Source: a virus (lineage: Duplodnaviria > Caudoviricetes). From it: a stretch of 37,465 nucleotides of DNA. The notes under the pieces are model-generated. The model saw only the letters and a list, made by a program, of their open reading frames with translations. It made no database searches and was not told the origin of the DNA. Below, one piece after another: positions 34,170 to 37,465 of this stretch; position 1 is the first letter of the stretch; every line of letters begins with the position of its first letter. The DNA lies in the IMG/VR virus record IMGVR_UViG_3300031689_000017, positions 1 to 37,465 of that record; one strand, given 5' to 3'. The position numbers were made by a program, and so were the translations under genes.

Positions 34170-35491
34170 GAGACGGCACTGCACCCGTCCGCCGCCTGCG
34201 CTGCGCCATCTACACCCGCAAGTCGAGCGAGGAAGGGTTGGACATGGAGTTCAACAGCCTCGATGCGCAGCGCGAGTCCTGCGAGGCCTATATTGCCAGC
34301 CAGCGCGCCGAAGGCTGGGTCTGCATGCGCGAACGTTATGATGACGGCGGGTACTCGGGCGGCACGCTTGATCGTCCGGGGCTCAAGATGCTGCTCGAGG
34401 ATATAGAGGCCGGGCTGGTCGACGTCATCGTCGTCTACAAGATCGACCGCCTGTCACGGTCCCTCATGGACTTCGCCAAGCTGGTCGAGGCGTTCGACCG
34501 CAACAACGTCACGTTCGTGTCGGTGACGCAGGCGTTCAATACCACGACCTCCATGGGGCGGCTGACGCTGAACATCCTGCTCAGCTTCGCCCAGTTCGAA
34601 CGCGAGGTCACCGGCGAACGCATCCGCGACAAGTTCGCGGCTAGCCGCGCAAAAGGTATGTGGATGGGCGGGTTCGTGCCGATGGGCTATGATGTGATCG
34701 ACCGCAAGCTAGTGATCAACGATGCCGAAGCCACCACGGTGCAGCGCCTGTTCAAGCGGTTCGTGACGCTGGGATCGGCAACGCTGCTGACCCGGGAACT
34801 GGTGGCGAACGGTGCCATGACCAAGCGCGGCAAGCCGATCGACAAGGGCTTCCTCTACAAGCTGTTCCGCAACAGGCTCTATCTGGGCGAAGCCGTGCAC
34901 AAGGGCACGAGCTATCCCGGCGAGCATCAGGGCATCATCGACCAGCAGCTCTGGGATCAGGTGCATGCCATCTTGCAGGAGAGCCCGCGCCAGCGCGCGG
35001 CGAACACCCGGGCGCAGGTGCCGGCCCTGCTGAAGGGACTGATCTTCACCGACCGCGGCATTGCCATGACGCCGACATTCACCAAGAAGGGCAGCCGCCA
35101 CTACCGCTACTACACCTCGATGGATGCCATCCGGAATCGAGCCTGCGAAGGCCGCGAGGCCTTTGTCCGGCTGAACGCCGGGGTGGTCGAGGGCGCAGTT
35201 GTCCAGCAGATCCGAAAACTGGTGCGCACGCCCGAAATCGCGGCGAAGGTCGCGGTCGTCTTGCAGGACTGCGATTCCGTGTCGAACGACAATGACGTGG
35301 TCTCCGCGCTGTCGGATTTCGACAGCCTATGGGCCTCGTTGTTTCCAGCCGAACAGGCCCGCATCGCCCGCCTGCTGATTGACCGGGTCATCGTCAGCCA
35401 GCAAGGCCTGACCGTCGACCTGCGCACCGACGGGTTGAGCTCTGTCGTGCGCGACATGCTCGCCCCGCGGCCGAAGGAGAAGGTCGCATGA
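34166..35491 (+). CDS. Large serine recombinase/integrase (441 aa)
   Basis: AIYTRKS catalytic Ser, RPGL, KIDRLSR, FAQFERE..ER, recombinase domain YLGE...H..II; ATGA overlap at 34166. Confidence 0.93.
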   Translation: MRDGTAPVRRLRCAIYTRKSSEEGLDMEFNSLDAQRESCEAYIASQRAEGWVCMRERYDDGGYSGGTLDRPGLKMLLEDIEAGLVDVIVVYKIDRLSRSLMDFAKLVEAFDRNNVTFVSVTQAFNTTTSMGRLTLNILLSFAQFEREVTGERIRDKFAASRAKGMWMGGFVPMGYDVIDRKLVINDAEATTVQRLFKRFVTLGSATLLTRELVANGAMTKRGKPIDKGFLYKLFRNRLYLGEAVHKGTSYPGEHQGIIDQQLWDQVHAILQESPRQRAANTRAQVPALLKGLIFTDRGIAMTPTFTKKGSRHYRYYTSMDAIRNRACEGREAFVRLNAGVVEGAVVQQIRKLVRTPEIAAKVAVVLQDCDSVSNDNDVVSALSDFDSLWASLFPAEQARIARLLIDRVIVSQQGLTVDLRTDGLSSVVRDMLAPRPKEKVA

Positions 35492-35883
35492 GCAGCGCGC
35501 CCGCGACACTGACCGTTTTCATTCCGCTGACCATTCGCAAACGCAATGGCCGGCCGAAGATCATGCCGCCGGCGGAGATGATGCCCGATTACGACGACAA
35601 AGGCGTGGATCCGCACATTCTGAGGGCGATAGCCAAGGCATGGAGCTGGCGGCGCAAGCTCGACAGCGGCCAGGTGGCGACCATTCAGGACATTGCGACG
35701 GCGGAGGATGTGACGCCCGTTTACGTCGGCCGGGTGCTGAAGCTGGCCTATCTTGCGCCCGCCGTGCTGGAGCGGCTGCTCATTGAGCGCCGGGCGCCGG
35801 CGGTGTCGGTGAAGGATTTGGGGCTGGCTGTCGATTTACCTTGGCTCGAACAGGAAAACGCGGTGTTTGGGTTGAAGGGTTGA
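35488..35883 (+). CDS. Recombinase-associated hypothetical protein with HTH-like segment
   Basis: ATGA coupling; IAKAWSWRRKL...YVGRVLKLAYLAP pattern typical of DUF2924-recombinase modules. Confidence 0.75.
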   Translation: MSSAPATLTVFIPLTIRKRNGRPKIMPPAEMMPDYDDKGVDPHILRAIAKAWSWRRKLDSGQVATIQDIATAEDVTPVYVGRVLKLAYLAPAVLERLLIERRAPAVSVKDLGLAVDLPWLEQENAVFGLKG

Positions 35884-35994
35884 AGGGTCGAATTGTGATC
35901 CGACTTCGCCCCTCGAGGCTGAAGGCTCTCACTGCTGGCTTGCGCGGAACTGCCGGACAAGTATGAGTTTCTTTCAGATCGGACGGGGATTGTC

Positions 35995-36498
35995 ATGGAA
36001 CTCACGAAAAAAGAGCGGCTGTCATTCATTTATCAGCTTCGCATCCTCGAAGCCCTTTATCCCGATGAAGCTGAATATTATGCGAAGAATAGGACAGCTC
36101 TCGAGGAAGGTTACACCTATCATTACGACTGGATGGTCGAGCATCTCTATGACGAGCTGAGCGAAGAGCAGTGCCGTGAGGTTATCGATATCCTCGACAT
36201 GTATAGTGAAATTGCTTGGGGTCTCGAGAAGCTGGGAGAGGATGACGAGCTCAGGAAGCACCATTTAGCAAGGTTTCGCGGCTTCGATGGAAACAACGAA
36301 ACGCACCTGATGGCATATGTGCGCTACTTCGTTGTCGACCTCGACCGCTTCTCAATTCTGAAGCACGACGAGTACCCATATTTCAACAGCCATTGCCCGA
36401 TGCTCGATACATATCAGGAAATGCTCGGGCGTTGGCGTGAGATGGGAAGCCCTCACTCAATCGGTCGGGACCAGATCGCCAAGCTCCTTGGAGCCTGA
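35995..36498 (+). CDS. YfbU family protein
   Basis: ERL...QLRILE, VIDILDMY, FRGFDGNNE, NSHCPMLDTY..ML motifs. Confidence 0.88.
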   Translation: MELTKKERLSFIYQLRILEALYPDEAEYYAKNRTALEEGYTYHYDWMVEHLYDELSEEQCREVIDILDMYSEIAWGLEKLGEDDELRKHHLARFRGFDGNNETHLMAYVRYFVVDLDRFSILKHDEYPYFNSHCPMLDTYQEMLGRWREMGSPHSIGRDQIAKLLGA

Positions 36499-36500
36499 CC

Positions 36501-37007
36501 GTGGACAGCGATACCGTCACATGGATCGGCACCGCCTTCTCAGTCATCGGGGCTGGGATAGCTGTTTGGCAGGCGTGTATTGCGGGAAGCGCCGCAACGC
36601 GGGCAGAGAAGGCGCGAAAGGCCATCATGGGCAAGTACGAGCATGTCGAGCTGGGAGCGCTAGACGGTGTTCTATCGGCCGCCTGCAAAGCGATGGAGAA
36701 GTACGGCCCAGGCAGTCGCGTATCGACGCTTCGAGGAACCTCCCCTGATAGTGATGCAAACGCGGTTCGCGCGTTCACCGCAGCCCTCGACAGGAATACA
36801 GAGATGCTGACCAAGGCGTTTGGCAGTCCATGCGTTGCTGTGCGGGACAGGATCAACGGATTGTTGGACGAATTCGGCGCAGCAGCGACGGCCGATGAGC
36901 GCTTACCCAAGGGGAAGGCGATCTATTTGGAGATCACCACATTTAGCGGAAACATCAAGAAGGCGTTGGACGCCAAAACATTTGAAGCGAATCCGGCGTT
37001 GGAATGA
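36501..37007 (+). CDS. Hypothetical protein with an N-terminal TM helix (168 aa)
   Basis: GTG 2 nt after the YfbU stop, GGAG RBS; hydrophobic WIGTAFSVIGAGIAVW. Confidence 0.7.
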   Translation: MDSDTVTWIGTAFSVIGAGIAVWQACIAGSAATRAEKARKAIMGKYEHVELGALDGVLSAACKAMEKYGPGSRVSTLRGTSPDSDANAVRAFTAALDRNTEMLTKAFGSPCVAVRDRINGLLDEFGAAATADERLPKGKAIYLEITTFSGNIKKALDAKTFEANPALE

Positions 37008-37079
37008 CCCTGCGCCTGTTCGCCTCATCCATCGCGATCGCGAAGCCTGCCAGGTACGGAAACGTTTGTGACCAACAAA

Positions 37080-37355
37080 ATGAGTTATTTTACGGATCGC
37101 GAATATGGAGAGCGGCCTGCTGTGGCCGAAACAATCGACGAGCGCGTCTGGTGCGGGCTGTACTCGTTGATCGAGACGCGCCTCGGCAATGGCGCATTTG
37201 GCTTCCGGTTTCCCGAACAGTGTCCTGATGGCCAAGGGGCATGCGGTTGCGATCAACAAGCCTTCGCTCGCGTCCTGAAGGCGGAAGTTCCATGGATCGA
37301 TTGGCCACTGCGTCCTGGGGATGTCCCGGAAACTCCCATCATCCTGGACCTTCTA
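37080..37355 (+). pseudogene. AbiJ-associated (NTD4-like) protein, N-terminal part, interrupted by IS5
   Basis: MSYFTDRE...GAFGFRFPEQCPDGQGACGCD...IILDLL resembles N-termini of longer AbiJ-type proteins (recalled, not searched); the frame runs into the IS end and stops. Confidence 0.55.
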
Positions 37356-37465
37356 GGCCGTAAACTCATAAACTGACTTGCGCGGCGCGGGCGCGGTTGA
37401 TTCAAGGCTTCGGGAAGGAGCTTTGGATGACGCGTCGTAGATTTGAACTGACCGATGATGAGTGG
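37356..37465 (+). mobile_element. Left end of an IS5-family (IS427-group-like) element
   Basis: CTAG at 37353-37356, then GGCCGTAAACTCATAA end sequence, then a transposase start. Confidence 0.8.
37427..37465 (+). CDS. IS5-family transposase, N-terminal fragment (runs off the window)
   Basis: AAGGAG RBS, then MTRRRFELTDDEW, the typical DUF4096/IS5 N-terminus. Confidence 0.8.
   Translation, partial: MTRRRFELTDDEW

Larger units (their letters stand above)
2932..35883. mobile_element. Temperate siphovirus prophage (HK97-like head, serine recombinase); exact att ends not identified
   Basis: Ordered lysis, tail, head, packaging, replication, cro/cI and recombinase modules, with many ATGA/TGATG gene overlaps. 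Confidence 0.93.

Noticed and set aside
33432-34184. 250-aa minus-strand ORF opposite DUF2924
   Set aside because: Antisense shadow of a strongly conserved plus-strand module.
35869-35888. GTTGAAGG tandem duplication at the end of the recombinase module as an att site or IS footprint
   Set aside because: Only an 8-bp tandem repeat; I saw no matching copy at the other prophage end.
1-37465. tRNA, rRNA, retron or reverse-transcriptase genes
   Set aside because: None recognised by eye; tRNAscan-SE and Infernal would be needed to exclude them formally.

Overview
A GC-rich window occupied almost entirely by an apparently complete temperate siphovirus prophage (about 2.9-35.9 kb, HK97-type head), probably from an alphaproteobacterium (inference from gene content and promoter style). 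Reading the minus strand from a cro/cI switch (32.3-33.4 kb), it carries: a PD-(D/E)xK nuclease, an SSB-like protein, a primase-helicase followed by an iteron origin, a RuvC-like resolvase, HNH and a cos-like region, a ParB-MTase, terS/terL, portal, protease, capsid, head-tail genes, tail tube, frameshifting tail chaperones, tape measure, tail-tip proteins and a lysis cassette. A DUF2924 + large serine recombinase module lies on the plus strand. The packaging module contains three antisense insertions (morons): an AbiL/RloAB-like ATPase-TOPRIM pair, an exported SNase-fold protein, and a candidate HEPN (RxxxxH) protein. The HEPN candidate lies between two 120-bp copies of the terS 3' end/terL start, which separate the formerly overlapping terminase genes. 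The tail operon holds an orphan Xre/MbcA antitoxin and a Cys4 protein. The flanks look defence-related, and both window ends appear to be IS termini interrupting defence genes: an IS21-like end in the Walker A motif of a type III Res gene (left) and an IS5-family element in an AbiJ-like gene (right). All family calls come from motif recognition by eye; no database searches were run.
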